DNA of 63,801 nucleotides, filler included, from Olpidium bornovanus S191 (lineage: Eukaryota > Fungi > Olpidiomycota), in the NCBI GenBank assembly GCA_017911155.1. It is 28 parts of 28 records of this genome, joined end to end, with 100 filler letters (N's around TTAATTAATTAA, not from the genome) between each part and the next. Parts side by side here need not be neighbours in the genome. Positions count along the whole stretch, not along the records: positions 61,083 to 63,801 come from JAEFCI010000268.1; 27 more parts are not named here. One strand, given 5' to 3'. The position numbers were made by a program, and so were the translations under genes. Positions 63,641 to 63,801 of this stretch are shown here, piece by piece (the first letter of the stretch is position 1; each line of letters opens with the position of its first letter). The notes under the pieces were generated by a model. The model had not been told where the DNA came from. It worked only from the letters and a program-made list of their open reading frames with translations, and did not search any database.

Positions 63641-63801
63641 CATAGATTAACGCTCCTGTCCGAAGCCGAGCTCGCCGAGCTACGGCGCCAATTGAAGGAG
63701 CTGCTCGACGCCGGCCACATCCAGCCTTCAAAGTCACTATGGGGAGCGCCGATCCTGTTTGTCAAAACGAAGGGATCCGAGAAGCTGAGGATGTGCATCG
63801 A
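63641..63801 (+). mobile_element. Ty3/gypsy reverse transcriptase N-terminus (runs off the window end)
   Basis: LSEAELAELRRQLKELLDAGHIQPSKSLWGAPILFVKTKGSEKLRMCI, the canonical L..GFI.PS.SPWGAP.LFV.K.DG.LR.CID pattern. Confidence 0.92.

Overview
This window is not one locus. It is 28 short eukaryotic contigs (about 1-5 kb each) joined by 27 artificial 100-bp spacers (N44-TTAATTAATTAA-N44), so neighbours across spacers are not linked. The DNA is GC-rich and intron-dense, with long homopolymer tracts. Gene content is fungal (ATG22, GCS1, AVO3, LAA1, YBL028C-like, PAN5) but also includes an axonemal dynein assembly factor (DNAAF1) and a WAVE-complex subunit (NCKAP1). That points to a zoosporic, early-diverging fungus; an Olpidium-like organism is my inference and is not verified. 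Recognisable, mostly partial, spliced genes: KDSR/TSC10, PEX5, RICTOR/AVO3, an UNC80-like protein, NAXD, an SLC25 carrier, a CREST-family protein, ketopantoate reductase, AP-2 mu, a DUF2423 protein, DNAAF1, NCKAP1, the ArfGAP GCS1, HEATR5/LAA1, a PAQR, eIF4E, omega-amidase NIT2 and ATG22. There are also retroelement pieces (gag relics, a Ty3/gypsy RT start) and a two-copy Myb-repeat family. Best leads: (1) a secreted Gly/Tyr/Lys repeat-peptide precursor with an X-Pro dipeptide pro-region (4486-4827); (2) an unexplained hairpin-dense non-coding element with a 74-bp inverted repeat, five same-strand GNRA tetraloops and a T-loop (about 17026-17526); (3) a Gag-like protein with three CCCH fingers, head-to-head with GCS1; (4) a PAQR lacking all its conserved histidines; (5) a fungal UNC80-like protein; (6) NAXD ending in a PTS1. 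All homology calls are from memory of family motifs; no searches were run. Spliced-gene coordinates are approximate.
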